A stretch of DNA of 64,000 nucleotides from Eledone cirrhosa (taxonomy: Eukaryota): assembly GCA_964016885.1 (NCBI GenBank), contig OZ024742.1:176762001-176826000 (forward strand), written 5' to 3'. How positions within the stretch are numbered: position 1 is the stretch's first letter; each line of letters begins with the position of its first letter. Under the pieces are notes generated by a model that saw only the letters and a program-made list of their open reading frames with translations, was not told where the DNA came from and made no database searches. Of this stretch, positions 39,068 through 53,249 are shown piece by piece. Made by a program: the position numbers and the translations under genes.

Positions 39068-39698
39068 TACATTTTCAACTTCGTTTTCCTATATGTTTAT
39101 CTGCGTGGGGATATACTAAAGAAAACCTTACTTTTTGCTATGGCTCGTTCCTTTGGTAAAGTGTTGGTATAACATCTACCAGAATAAAAGCGTTACGAAT
39201 AATAGCAATACATTTTTCTACTTTGGGCACAAGGCAAGCAATTTGAAGGGGAGGGGCAAGTCGATTAAATAAACCCCAGTGCATTACTTGTCCTTTATGT
39301 TATCGACCCTGCAAGGATGAAAGGCAAAGCTACCGTCGGTGAGATTTGACCTCAGAAGCTAAAAGGCCGTAACTCGATGCCGTAAATCACATTCTTCGGC
39401 TCTCTGCCGATACCGGCAATCCACCGCCCTAGGAATAATAGTAATAATAAAATACATTTATAGAAATAATCCATATAATTTTGCATAGGAAATACAAACA
39501 CACAGTACAGACACTTTAACAATTAATTTTACAATTATAATTACATTAAATAAATTGAGTAGAATCCCAAACATTAATTGGCGGCATGAAGCTGTGTTGA
39601 GAATGTATTTATAATAATAGACTTCAGATCTGTTCTTAACATCAAACGTCCTTTTTTCTTTATTTTGTCTACGGAGACTCATGACAACCCCCCATATA

Positions 39699-39749
<51 letters not shown>

Positions 39750-40011
39750 GAAATCCAACCAAAATTAAATAGAAAACATGAATGGAGCAGCAACATCACA
39801 ACTTACAATTAAGGACAAAATGAAAACACACACACACATACAACAAACAACCAAACAGTTACATGTAAATAAACAAATAAATAAATAAATATAAACACAC
39901 ACATACACTCGGATGTAACACATGCGCAAACTAAGCACACAAGACACACAAAAACAATATGGCGTAGTATAGAACAAAGGAGAGGCACAAAAACAAAGAA
40001 AATAATCCACA

Positions 40012-40054
40012 GCCACTGAAGAGGTCACAGAATGTGTGACGAAAGAACTTTGAC
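40012..40054 (+). ncRNA. Minimal type-I HHR motif (family E)
   Basis: gcca CTGAAGA g-gtcaca-gaatg-tgtgac GAAA g-aa-c TT tgac; stem I has one mismatch. Confidence 0.55.
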
Positions 40055-40246
40055 AATATATGAACAATCGTCTGGTCGTGGAACCAACCAACCAACCGGA
40101 AATTTATAAATTTAATTTATAATAAATTGAAGTGAAAGCAACTGGTGCGTGTGTTTCTTATTGGCAACATGACCCTCCCAAAGCATAAGAATATCGGTTT
40201 CTACACATGTTTTCAGATAAAGAATCTTGCTAAACAAATTCAGAAA

Positions 40247-40360
<114 letters not shown>

Positions 40361-40391
40361 ATTTAAATGGATACAGTTCAGTAAAAGGAAT

Positions 40392-40512
40392 TTATTGACA
40401 CGTGTTTCAATAACAGTTGTATAACCTGAAAATAGCTGCTATCTACAAAGTACTAATTATGCAGACACTCAATATTTCAATGTTATTTTCAACTACCATT
40501 TCATCAGAATAA
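40392..40512 (-). ncRNA. Type-I HHR with 92-nt stem II (inverted pseudo-LTR copy, family C)
   Basis: Reverse complement of 43657-43777. Confidence 0.8.
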
Positions 40513-43154
40513 TATCATTGAGAACTTGTTTGTTTTTTATAGAGAATATTAAGAGGGAGGAGTGAAGTTGTTAGAAGAATAGTTAAGGGAGTGGATAGAA
40601 ATGTTTGATAGCAGTGGGTAATTAGATTCCCATCTGTTATTTCGTTAGTTGAGTTTGACATTTTTATAGAATATTCATTATTTGGCGTTGGTTGTATTGG
40701 TTATTTTTCTAAATCTATTGAAGGATTAGAGATAGTAAAGATATGCATGGTTGGTTTTGTGTTTGCACTTAATTCACATACAGCCTTAAATTTTTCTTTC
40801 AAGTGTACGTATCCGTTTGCCCACACATAAATATATGCGTATACATACTTATTTTTTTAAAAAGCACATCAATGATGAGGCATGCGAAATAGTGAAAAAT
40901 CTCGGGATCGAAGATAGGACAGGACCACTCTTACCGGCAGTACCCACCTTCAATCTTAAGGACCATAAGGTAAACTTTGATAATGACCCTAAAATTAGAC
41001 TAATCTGCCCCTCTAAATCAGATATAGGTAAAATAAGCAAATATATCTTAGATAGAATCATCCCCCAAATTAAGGCTAAGGTTAACATTAAACTCTTGAG
41101 GAAGACCCAAGAAGCAATAAGATGGTTTAATAGCATTAGCAATAAGAATAAATCTAAGTTTATCCAGTTTGATATCGATGAATATTACTCATCGATATCA
41201 CCTGAAACTCTGAATAGAGCCATTGAGTTTGCTAAGGATAACTCTGACCTTACAAACGAAGACATTACGATTATATTAGATGCTAGGAAAACTATAGTAC
41301 AATTTGAGAACAGTTATTGGGTTCGTAAAGATAGACCCTCCAACTTTGACATAACAATGGGCTCTAACGATTCGGCGGAAATAATTAATAATGTGGGGTT
41401 ATTTATCACCTTTAGACTCAAGAAAAAATTCAGTAATCTCCACGGTGGAATATACCGCGATGATGCTCTCCTCCTAGTTAAAAACCTAAATAACCCAAAA
41501 CTAGAAAAACTACGCAAATATATAAGAAAGGTACTACTTGAAATAGGACTAACTATAACATATGAATCACAACCTTAAAGTAGTTAACTTCATGGATGTC
41601 ACACTCAATTTAAACTCTGGTCTGATTAAACCGTTTCATAAATTGAATGAAAATCTCAAGTACGTGAATGTTGTGTCTAACCACCCCATCTCTATAATTA
41701 AATCTATCCCTAAAAATATTTCCCTTAGAATCTCGGGTCTATCTTCTTACATACAAGTATTTAAGGAACACGCCGAGTACTACGAAAACGCCCTTAGTAA
41801 AGCAGGCTACCTCAACAAAATAGAATATATAGATGAAAACAATCAAAACACCCGAAATAAATCCCACATAGGTAGAAATAATAACACAACACCAAACCAC
41901 ACTTACTACCATAATGTACATACCAATAAACCAACAAACAAAACTAATAGGAAGCGATGCAAAGAATACTTATGGTATAACCCTGAATACAATAGTTCCA
42001 TTAGTACACATTTACCAGTACTCTTCTTTAAAATAGTTAGGAAACATTTTCCTACATCACCCAAATACCACAAAATCCTAAACCCTACCACTATAAGATT
42101 GTCATACTCTACAGCGTTAAATCTTGAACAATACATAAAAAAGATTAATACTAGAAGGTGAAACGAAAACACTAAAAACTTAAGTACAAAGAGCACAAAA
42201 AACAGTAGACAATACACTACAGAACATAAATAAACCACACCTAAGTTCGTCCGCAATACTACTCCAGAGTGAACCTAACTACAAAACCAACGTACACACA
42301 ACTGTAACTGCACCTATCCTGACAATTTCCTGCTCGGCAATAACTGTCTTGAAAAAAATATCAGCTATAAGTGTACCATTGAATCCGGAGGCAACGAGTG
42401 GTATTACGTGGGATCAACGGCAACATCGTTTAAATCTCGATTATATAGGCATTCTTACTCAATAAAACACCAGAGCCAAAGAAATATAACAACTTTAGCA
42501 GAAAAAGCTTGGACGCTCAGAGATAGCGATCAAAGGTTTACCCGAAAATGGGAGAAATTAGCTAAACCCAAAGCTTTTCCAGAAGCCAACATTTCTACAA
42601 ATTATGTAATCTTGAGATTTATTACATAATCACACACAAGAAGAAATTGCTTAATAACAGAATTGAACGAACATTATTCTGCCGTCACCGAACTAAAACC
42701 CTTTTTTCCCACTACAAGCTGAATATTACATAAACGAGGGACATCCTCCCAACTATACAAATCTTCAATCTAGTTAGAAATATAAAAACAATCTCTTCTC
42801 AACATATATATGTACTATTAATAATCTTAAATTATCACACTAATAATGGATAAATATGCTGGTGAGAATAGGTGCGAATATGCTATGATGAATGTGTCTA
42901 AAAGCGACCATATGTATGTATATATGTGAAAATGTATACAAATAAGTAAATAAGTGGGTGAGTGTATATATATATATGTTTGATGTGTATAATTAAATGT
43001 ATGTGTATGCATGTATATGTGTATTTATATATATATATATATACACATGGACAAGAGTATGTATGTATATATGTGTGTGTCTATATGTGTGTATATGAAG
43101 ATAAGTAGAGTATGAAAGTGTATATACATGAATGCGTATGTATGTACATATATA

Positions 43155-43205
<51 letters not shown>

Positions 43206-43656
43206 ACAGGTATATATGTATGTAAGTATGAGCATGTAAGTATGTGTATGTGAGTGTATGAATTTGTAGAGTTGTACATATATGTATGTGTGTGAATGTG
43301 TATGTTTTTAAAAAAAATAAGTATATATACGCCTATATTTATGTGTGGGCGAACGGATACGTACACTGGAAAGAAAAATTTAAGTCTGTATGTGAATTAA
43401 GTGCAAACACAAAACCAACCATGCATATCTTTACTATCTCTAATCCTTCGATAGATTTAGAAAAATAACCAATACAACCAACGCCAAATAATGAATATTC
43501 TATAAAAATGTCAAACTCAACTAACAAAATAACAGATGGGAATCTAATTACCCACTGCTATCAAACATTTCTATCCACTCCCTTAACTATTCTTCTAACA
43601 ACTTCACTCCTCCCCCATAATATTCTCTATAAAAACCAAACAAGTTCTCAATGATA

Positions 43657-43777
43657 TTATTCTGATGAAATGGTAGTTGAAAATAACATTGAAATATTGA
43701 GTGTCTGCATAATTAATACTTTGTAGATAGCAGCTATTTTCAGGTTATATAACTGTTATTGAAACACGTGTCAATAA
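43657..43777 (+). ncRNA. Type-I HHR with 92-nt stem II (family C)
   Basis: ttatt CTGATGA [aatggtagttg...taactgttatt] GAAAC-acgt-GTC aataa; intact core. Confidence 0.82.
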
Positions 43778-43920
43778 ATTCCTTTTACTGAACTGTATCC
43801 ATTTAAATCCTTCTATTTTCTCCGGATTACTTTTGAAACTACAACTGGAAGCGTCGATCAAAACATACGTGAGCTGTCCATCTACTGTGTGTAATATTCA
43901 TATTACAACACTACGGATAA

Positions 43921-43990
<70 letters not shown>

Positions 43991-44029
43991 GAAAATAAGT
44001 TAATTGCATGAACTCATAATCCTTCATTT

Positions 44030-44085
44030 ACTGCTATATATATTTCGATGATAGCCATTGAATGGCTATGACCTCATCAAGCAGT
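44030..44085 (-). ncRNA. Type-I HHR motif (family D, copy 2) within the repeat at 43986-44152
   Basis: actgc TTGATGA ggtc-atagccatt-c-aatggctat-catc GAAA t-atat-a TA gcagt. Confidence 0.65.
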
Positions 44086-44392
44086 TAGTCAGTTCTTAGG
44101 TATGCCAGCTCTGTGTTTTTGGTGTTGATGGTTTTAGAGTCTTGGGACATATGAGATTGTTAGAGATAATTTAATGTTGTCAGCAGAAATAATCTTAATT
44201 CTCATTGGTTAGTTTGTAGATGGTAGTAGGGTTGGTATTTGACCTCAAAGAGGCAGGTGGTGTTGTAAATTTCAAACCGTCAGGCAAGATGACAATAGTT
44301 CTATATGACTGATTTTCACAAAAAGCATTCCTGGTCAGATATATATTCAATTGAGTTTTATAGTATGAAATTCGATACTTCAGGTCATTCTT

Positions 44393-44690
44393 AAATTGAG
44401 GAATTTATGTGGGGTGGTATTACTTAAAATTATGGTTAGAGTCAAATACTAGAAAGTTTACATATAAAAAGACTTATGTTGGTTGACTTGCACATACACT
44501 CACACCCACCCCCACAGAGACACACACACATCCACACATACAAATTGAGGAATGTATGTGGGGTGGTAATACTGAAAATTATGGTTAGAATCAAATAATT
44601 AGAAAGTTTACAAATAAAAAGAGTTATGTTGGTTGACTTGTACATACACTCACACCTACCCGACAGACACACACACACACATCTACACCC
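44393..44690. repeat. Tandem duplication, period about 149 bp
   Basis: AAATTGAGGAAT..GTGGGGTGG..GGTTGACTTG..CACACACA occurs twice (44393 and 44542). Confidence 0.85.
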
Positions 44691-45559
44691 ACAAATCCAT
44701 ACAGATGTGTATATATATGTATGTACGCACAAGTGCATATATATATACAACAGAGGGCCCCGAATCCAAGTATATGGCAGACATTAAACGAGGTGGGTGT
44801 TATTTTTAAAGTAAAGTGGATGTTTGGAAAAGTTGTTGTTTAGACTAGACAAAAGTAGTGTGTGATATATGTCTTCACAGCAATAGCTTAGTGGCTTTGG
44901 AGCTTAGGCGAATCCCTTAGTACAGACATATATAGGTACACGCACCGACACCACACTTGTATACCTCTGGATGCGTGTGTATGTCTACATACACATGTGC
45001 ACTCATACAAGAGAGCATATACAAATATACTCTTAAGCATACACTCGAAAATGTTTCAAATGCAACCTGGGGTATTAGTATTTCGTTGCGTTCACCTAAG
45101 TGTGTACATTCACGTAATCCCAGTATACACTCACAACGCAGGGTTGCGGGCATGTATTCATGCGTATAGTGTTAGTACCTTAGGATAATTGTTCTTCCTG
45201 TGTGGGCCACTCCCGGTGTGGTTTTGCTGACTCCTAATCAGTAGAGGATCCGGTGGACAATCCACCGTAGGGACCACAAACTATGGATTGGTGTTGTTGC
45301 CCATTGGTTATTGGTACGGGTGTAGGGGACCTACAGGGGGGGGGGGGGGGTTGTGGAAGGCCATAACCGGGGTTTATTCATATAGCTTGAGGAAAGTTCC
45401 CGTCCTTAGGTGTCTGCAGGCACCGAATAAGTTGGCCCTTCTGTTTAATAACTTGGTTCCGCCATGAAGTATCTCGAGTGTCTCACTAACACAAATACCA
45501 GACCCACCTCAGTCTGGGGGAACCTTTCTAACCACGGACCAGACCAGAGAGTGCGGAGT

Positions 45560-45594
<35 letters not shown>

Positions 45595-45610
45595 GTGTGT
45601 GTGTGCGTGC

Positions 45611-45724
<114 letters not shown>

Positions 45725-46631
45725 GTGTGTGTTTATTTAATAGAAAAAAACGAGGAAGATATGTATTCTACAAAGAAATATAACGACCCTTAACAGGTGA
45801 TGGAGTCGTAGTGTCGCTATCTTGACAAATTGTGTGCCTTGGGCATTTCAAAAGAGGTGGAACCTCTCTCTCTACAGGTCGGAACAAAGTCGAATTCTTC
45901 CGAAAAAAGAAAGAGATACATAGATCCAGTACTGGACGGGTTACTAAATTTATGAAGCATCAATCGTTGATAGGCAAAGATGATCCGGTGGGGATTTACT
46001 CTCAGTGGGGTGTTGTGAGTTGGAACAAGTATAGAGGCATTTAAATCCTACACCATAATGACTAATCCTATTTGTCGCTTTATAGACTATGTACATAAAT
46101 TACATCAAATGATATTGTCATATGTTTTAAGGGAGCTAAAATCAATGGAGAAATATAACAATTGCTATATAGTGAAGTGTTTAGGAACATGCAGACTGAT
46201 CTTAATAATCTGAAAAATTCCTATGATTCCATCTTAAACATATAGACATGTTAACATATTGCTTCTGTCAGTCATTGTTGATTATGCTAGAGAAAAACCA
46301 AGTGGGCATCTACGGTGTAACTATTTGTAAAGAATAAATAGACTATATAGTCTAGAGTATATATATAGATAGAATAAATAGAATAAATAGACGCTTTTAC
46401 TTACTTGAAACAACTCGGTCAATACTTAACAGCCTAACGCAAGGGATTGTTGCCGCCATGACAATAAAGAAATTCTAAAACAGTTTAGTGACCTGCAAAT
46501 AAGTTTATATATATATATATATTTATTTATTTATTTATATACATAATATATATGTGTGTACATATATATATATATACATATATATATACATATATATTTA
46601 CACACACACACCCATACACACACATCCACAT

Positions 46632-46692
<61 letters not shown>

Positions 46693-47669
46693 TACACATA
46701 TATATGTATGTATCTATGCTCATTGAGCTAAGATGATAATTTATCAAATTTCTTTCTGTTTACTCTGCAGTTATTTATTACATACCACGACGAATACTTT
46801 CAGCCAGTTCAGTGCCAATACTTCTGCCTGTTCTTAACAGAAGTCTAGCCAATAAAGACATATCAACACGTAATTGCATTCAAATCAATATCACTTATCT
46901 TGCTGGTTGTGCTAAAACTTTACTCGGTCAAGTAGCCAAAATTGAAAATACTTAAAATATTGTCTATTATATCCGAAGAGGGAAGAGATGAAGAGGAGAC
47001 GAAATGAAAGAGAAAATGCAGCAATGTCTTTTGATGGAAGAGATGCGATGTTATTTTTAAGTATTCCATTTAGAATTATTTCAGTCCAGAAGTGTAGCTC
47101 CACGCTTCGAAATCTGTTCAAAGTTTACGATTACAATGAAATGGAATGGAATGGAGAGGAAGTCAATGGAATGGTCTTCCGTCAGTTTTTACGATGAGTG
47201 TTCCTGTTGTTCAGTCAACGAAACATATTATTCATGAAATTTACGAACACGTGTCTGCGTGTTTCACAAGTATGGGTACACTTAATGTACTTCTCGAAGA
47301 AGTCCAGTCCAGCAAGACGCATTGTTTGAATTACCGTTACAATATCACACAGTTTCCGTTTCTGTCTATTTAACTTCCCCACAAGACCTTATGAATTCGA
47401 ACCAAACCTTTTAACCATTTGATCTTGTTGTTCCTTTGCGTTTATATATAATTATTTATGACAGACGGTAAAAGGTGTCTGATACCCATTATAATTAAGA
47501 AATAAAAACAATAGCGAGACAGAGAAGAAAATGTTTCCATCTATATCGATACAGCTATGTAACAAGACAAATACAGTATCTATAAGATAGCGAGTTCACG
47601 TATTTATATATAGAGAGACTGAGGGAGAGAAAAATTCGCAAATAAATATAATAAAAAGATGAAAAGAAG

Positions 47670-49060
47670 AGGCAACATTGCCCGCTCTAATTGCACGTCA
47701 ACTGTCAAGACTGACTGCTAACATCGTTGCTCTCAGTGAAGTCCGCTTTCCAGAGGAAGGCAGCTTACCTGAGCTTGGAGCCAGATACCCCCTCTACTTT
47801 TCAGGTTAACCATCAGCGGGGCGACGCCAACAGGTGTGGGTTTCATGGTCAGGAACTCTATCGCTTCCAAGCTTGAAACCCTGCCAACAGGGTATTCTGA
47901 CCGCATCATCGCTATGTGACCCTCACTAAGCAATCAGCAATATGCCACACACGTCAGTGTGAACTGCACAACTCTTGAAGCATATTCTGCGGAAAAGAAC
48001 AAATCTCCCTTGAAAACTACAAGTCCATAATCCTTGGCAATTTCAACGCCAGAGAGGGTCGTGATTCTGTAGCTTATGGAGGCGTGCGTGGGCGACATGG
48101 CGTTGGTAACTGCAATGACTATGGGCACATTCTTTTAGAAATCTACATGTATGAACCCAGTCCAAATATCGGCATCTCATTGATTATAATCTAGTGCGTC
48201 AATGTGAACGGAATGATGTCCTGCTACAAAGACAAGCTTCACTATAGACCCAAACCAAAGAAACGAGAAGCCCTCAGGTAAACGTTCAATGTCAGCAGTT
48301 TCCAGTTGGCTGATGTGAAAGTTAATTTTCAGGCAGCCTTTCAGTTGAAGCTTGAAGCTGCAAGTGTTGCCACAAATCCCTCTCCTGAAATATATTGGGA
48401 ATAACTCAAAACTCTCATTCCGCAGACATCTGGGGAAGTCTTTGTGTTCACCATAAAGGAGAGTAATGAGAAGTTTGATGAAAACTTCAAGGAAATTCAA
48501 GAATGGCTGGTGAAAAAAGGATCCACCCATCAGACACACTTAGATCAGCCATCCTGTTCCAAGAAGAAAGTTGCATTCCTCTGCTTATGCAGTAACGACC
48601 AGTTAGTGTTCGAGAGTTCCAGAACAAGTGATGGACCAACCTTTCTGAGAGAGCTCAACTGTGCGCAGGCACCGAATGTTACAGGGGTTTCTAGGAAGCC
48701 TTAATGTGTTGAATCGCCGTACATATCAAGTCCAGAGTCCTCTCTGGAATGCATACAGTCAGGCGCTTCGCAAAGACCCGTCCATTCGATGCCGTTTATC
48801 AGAACATTTCCAGGTCCTCTTCAGCACTAACAGCATTCTCCGGAAATTAGCAATTCTCTAAATTCCCCAACAACCAGTAAACGCAGAGCTCGTTGAGTTG
48901 CCCACTATTGAGGAGACCACCAAGCAGCTATATAATGGCAAAGCAGCAGACATCAAATGAATTCCATCTGATATTTGGAAGATACGGTGGCCCAGTGCTA
49001 CAAACAAAACTCGATGAGCTCTTCGTATGTTGCTGGGAGCAGGACAATCTACCACACGAA
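47670..49060 (+). mobile_element. Highly decayed RTE-clade LINE fragment (APE to start of RT)
   Basis: Translation gives ALIARQLSRLTANIVALSEVRFPEEGSL, GVGFMVRN, LGNFNAR, HGVGNCNDYG, RLSEHFQVLF and KLDELFVCCWEQDNLP. Confidence 0.85.
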
Positions 49061-50588
49061 AAGGTAGAGGAGGAAGAATGCACAAGACTACGTCATCCAG
49101 AGCTGACCAGTCATTTAGCTGTTGCTGCTGCAGCCATGCCTGCCTCTCCCGCATTGGCCTGAATAATCACGAGTCTTTCTGCAGTCAACGTGGACTGCTC
49201 CTTCTTAATCTTCGTTTCGCGAAGCCAACTCATGATAGCTGTTGACTAGCGGTTACACAATGTATTTATTAAAGAAAGAAGGTCACTTGAACGTTATTGC
49301 TAATTAAGCTAAAAGTTATTATTTAAAGAGAAAGAAGAATAGAAATGAATTTAAAACATATGGGTTCAAGTGAGAAGTAATCTTTCTTTAGTGGATGTTT
49401 CGATTCAGGTACAAAGTAGTTTATTAAAAGGTCACATCCTGCCTCCGCTGCGAAAGACTCGAACTGATGGCGTTATGTTCGTGAGTTCACTCCTAAAGAG
49501 ATATCCCAAATGAATTTGTTTTTCAGCAAGTAACTAATTAAGGACTAAAATCACGCAACAATCTGTCAAAGCAGTTAACTTATATCTATTACGAATTCGG
49601 AATTTGCAGAATAATTAATAAATTACATTGTCGTGAAGATTAACGTTTTGAGCTCTTATCTTTTCATTCGTATTTTGATTTACTTTACCTACACGGAACC
49701 TTTGTTGTTTCTTCAGATTATGCGAGTTTTAAACATGTATTATTTTCTTCTTTGTGAAACGTGTAAGCAAAGCACTCTGGTACAAATTAGATATACGTTC
49801 GAGTAACATGGGCGATGCTAGCCAATTATTTCCGTTTCCGGGTGTTTTATGGCCAACTTTTAAGTAGTTTAAAATACAGAAAGCATATTTGTACTGATTT
49901 CTTTTATTAGACTGTAGTGATGATTCCAGTTTTCGCCCTTATTGCTTATTTACTTCTCTGTGATTGAAACCTATTAACTTAACTCAATTCTTTTCAGCAA
50001 TTTCAACATTCTTTATCTCTTAGAATTCCATATTGTCTTTTTTCTTTCATTTTGTCTTTCATGTCTCCTTCCATTGAAGATGATAAACGACAGCTGTTTT
50101 AAAACTCGAATAAGTGTCTTCTTATTGTAATTGCATTGGCTTTGTACTCTTATTCAATGCATGTGTCCTACTTTTGAATCTGTCTTAACCTCGATATACA
50201 CTTATCTCACTAAAGTCAACCTAACTTGGATTATCGATACTGCCAGTATTATATTTCTAAACTCTGCCTAAAATTTTCAAAATTAATTGAAATTGCTTCC
50301 AATTATAAAACTAAGGCCCATCGTATTTGCGTGCAGTTTAGATTGCAATAAATGATATTATAAAAGCAATTTTGTAAACAATTTACTCAATTCAACCGTT
50401 TACTTTTCTCTCCCTTCTCACTCTCCTCTTTATCCTCTATCACTCTCCTTCCATATTTCCCCCTCCCCTGTTCGAGCCCGTTTACCCTACATTCGCCAAA
50501 TATAACAGACCGTTACCACCAATTATAATTTTGGTATATAACGTTACTAATATATACAGTATCGTTCTTCGTCTTCATTACATTACTT

Positions 50589-50642
<54 letters not shown>

Positions 50643-50899
50643 TGAGAGGGAGGGAGGGTAAGGAGGAGAACAAAAGCTAAGGAGATTGAGAGGCATTATG
50701 TATAAGAAGAAAGTATGAGTAGTAAAACGTGATGCTCTAATAATAAACGCTTCCGTAAGACAGAACGACTCCAGTTGGGAAAAAATGTTGAGATATGCTG
50801 TGAAATCTGGTTCCAATATGGCTACAGTCAATATTTTGTTAATATAGTGCTATTAACCTTTTTTTCCTCTTTCATAGCAGCAGCAGTTATTGCGGCTGC

Positions 50900-51100
50900 A
50901 GTACTGTTGTTGTTGTTGTTGTTACTGTTGATGATGATGATGATAATGGATGCTCTTCATCTTATTCTTGATGAGGTTATTGTTGACTATGCGTTTCTTA
51001 TTGGTGGTGTTGTTGTTGTTGATGATGCTTATGATGTTGTTGGTGTTGATGATGATGATGATGATGTTGTCGGTGCTAATGATGATGATGATGATGGTGA

Positions 51101-51149
<49 letters not shown>

Positions 51150-51436
51150 GATGGTGGCGATGTTGTTGTTGTTGATGATGATGGTGGTGGTGTTGTTGTT
51201 GTTGTTGATGATGGTGATAGTGTTGGTGCTGATGATGATGGTGATATTGTCGGTGTAGATGATGGTGATGTTGTAATTGTTGATGATGATGGCGATATTG
51301 TCGGTGTAGGTGATGGTGATGTTGTAGTTGTTGATGATGATGGCGATGTTGTAGTTGTTGATGATGATGGCGATGTTGTTGTTGTTGTTGTTGATTGATG
51401 ATGGTGATGCTGTTGGTGTTGATGATTATGGTGATA

Positions 51437-51467
<31 letters not shown>

Positions 51468-51916
51468 TGGTAGTGCTGATCTTTATACGATGGTTCTTTC
51501 AGATATTATCGGTAATATTGTTGTAATTGTGGCTGTTGATAATTTTAGTAGCTGGTATAATTGTTCATAATATCGTTGATGACGTCATTGTTGTTGTTGA
51601 AGATAGTGGTGTTGATAGGGGAGGGGCACCCTCGTAGTTATGATATTGATAGTTTGGGAAGTATGAGTGATGATATATGTGGTGATGGTGTCTGTAGTGA
51701 TATGTGCGGTAATGAAAATTAAGGTAATGCGGTGGTAGTAGTAGTAGTAGTGATGGTGTTGATAGCAATAGCATTGCTGACGCTTGTGATGTTGGTAGGA
51801 GGGGATGTAGGTGTTGATGATATTGGTGAGAATTATGCTGATGCTGGTGACGGTGGTGGCGATTATATGGAGTAGGTGAACTGCTTTTCATGGTGGTGGT
51901 GGTGGTGGTGGTGGTG
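50900..51916. repeat. Mosaic trinucleotide tract (GTT/GAT/GGT)n
   Basis: About 1 kb; source of the Val/Asp/Gly-rich spurious ORFs. A similar mosaic lies at 54575-54830. Confidence 0.9.
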
Positions 51917-53211
51917 TTAGTCCTTATAAGGAAAGGGACACGTGATCGTGATGGAGACGCTGCTCTAATTTTATGGTTTTGTGAAATCTGGATGTGACTA
52001 ATAAGTTTTCAACCGGATTTGATCGCACTTTTATTTCATCCGAACGTACAGAAATCACTCTGTTGTACACGCACACACACACACACACACGCACAAACAC
52101 ACACACACATACACACACACACATATACGCACGCACACACATATGCACACGCACACGCACACACACACGCACATATATATATATATGTTTACATTACAAA
52201 ATTATATAAATTTATGTATATACACATGTATATATGTGAATATATATATACACATATATATATATATATATATGTGGATATATATATATACACATATAAA
52301 CATATATTTATATATGCGTCAGTGTGTGTAAACCTTTGCATGTGGATATGTGTGTATGTGTTTGAAGGGGTACTTGTGAATGCATGTATTATTATGAAGC
52401 TGAAAATCATAAATACTGGTAACTGATAGTGTTGTAATATTATGTAATATAATATGTCCAGTAGAATATAAAACAAAGAGAAATTTAAATCCGATATCCA
52501 TGGTTCCATAAATCTTGAGCTTTTCTTTGCCAAGTGATTAAATTTTATGCTTTAAACCGGTGCTGCAAATAAAACTGAGAGAATAAAATTGATAGAAACT
52601 TTTAACCTAACACCAGACGTTCTATGTTTGTGAGTAATTAATTTTGGCAAAGTGATGATTTTGGCCTGCAGGGATTATCAATTTTTACGAGCCGAATACT
52701 TTGGAGCAGCTTTCATTTGATCCTCTAAGTTATCGATCGAAGCTCTTTTACGAAGTTATCCTGAATAATAACAACTTCAAATAAAGCTGAATTTGAAATA
52801 TTATCAACGGATCTTTCATCAAGCAATAGTGCAAAAATAACGCTAAATATATGGTTAAATAATTACACCCTATGTAGATTTAACGAATCACAGCCGATAG
52901 ATAAGTAAAAGATGGACTAGCTATAAATTTCAGTTTTAACATTATAGGCCATCAGCCATTTATTCAAAGACAATAACTTACAAGCAAAAATATGTATGTT
53001 CCTACATTGACAGACGCAGCTTAGTGTAAAGCAGTTGTAAACCATTGGTTCCAGATAGCATTTACACCATTTCACCCAACTATCATCACGATTTATCTTC
53101 TTTCTGCATTCACAATGACACTTATTACGACACACACACACACACACACACACACATATCTATATATATATAAATATATATATGTGTATGTATATATGTA
53201 TATATGTATAT

Positions 53212-53249
<38 letters not shown>

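Noticed and set aside
45795-45860. Weak similarity to 57238-57300 (TGATGGAGTCGTA...)
   Set aside because: Likely an old dispersed repeat; too diverged to classify and no ribozyme core found.
50775-51398. 207-aa Val/Asp/Gly-rich ORF
   Set aside because: Trinucleotide mosaic that is open in several frames; no domain signal.
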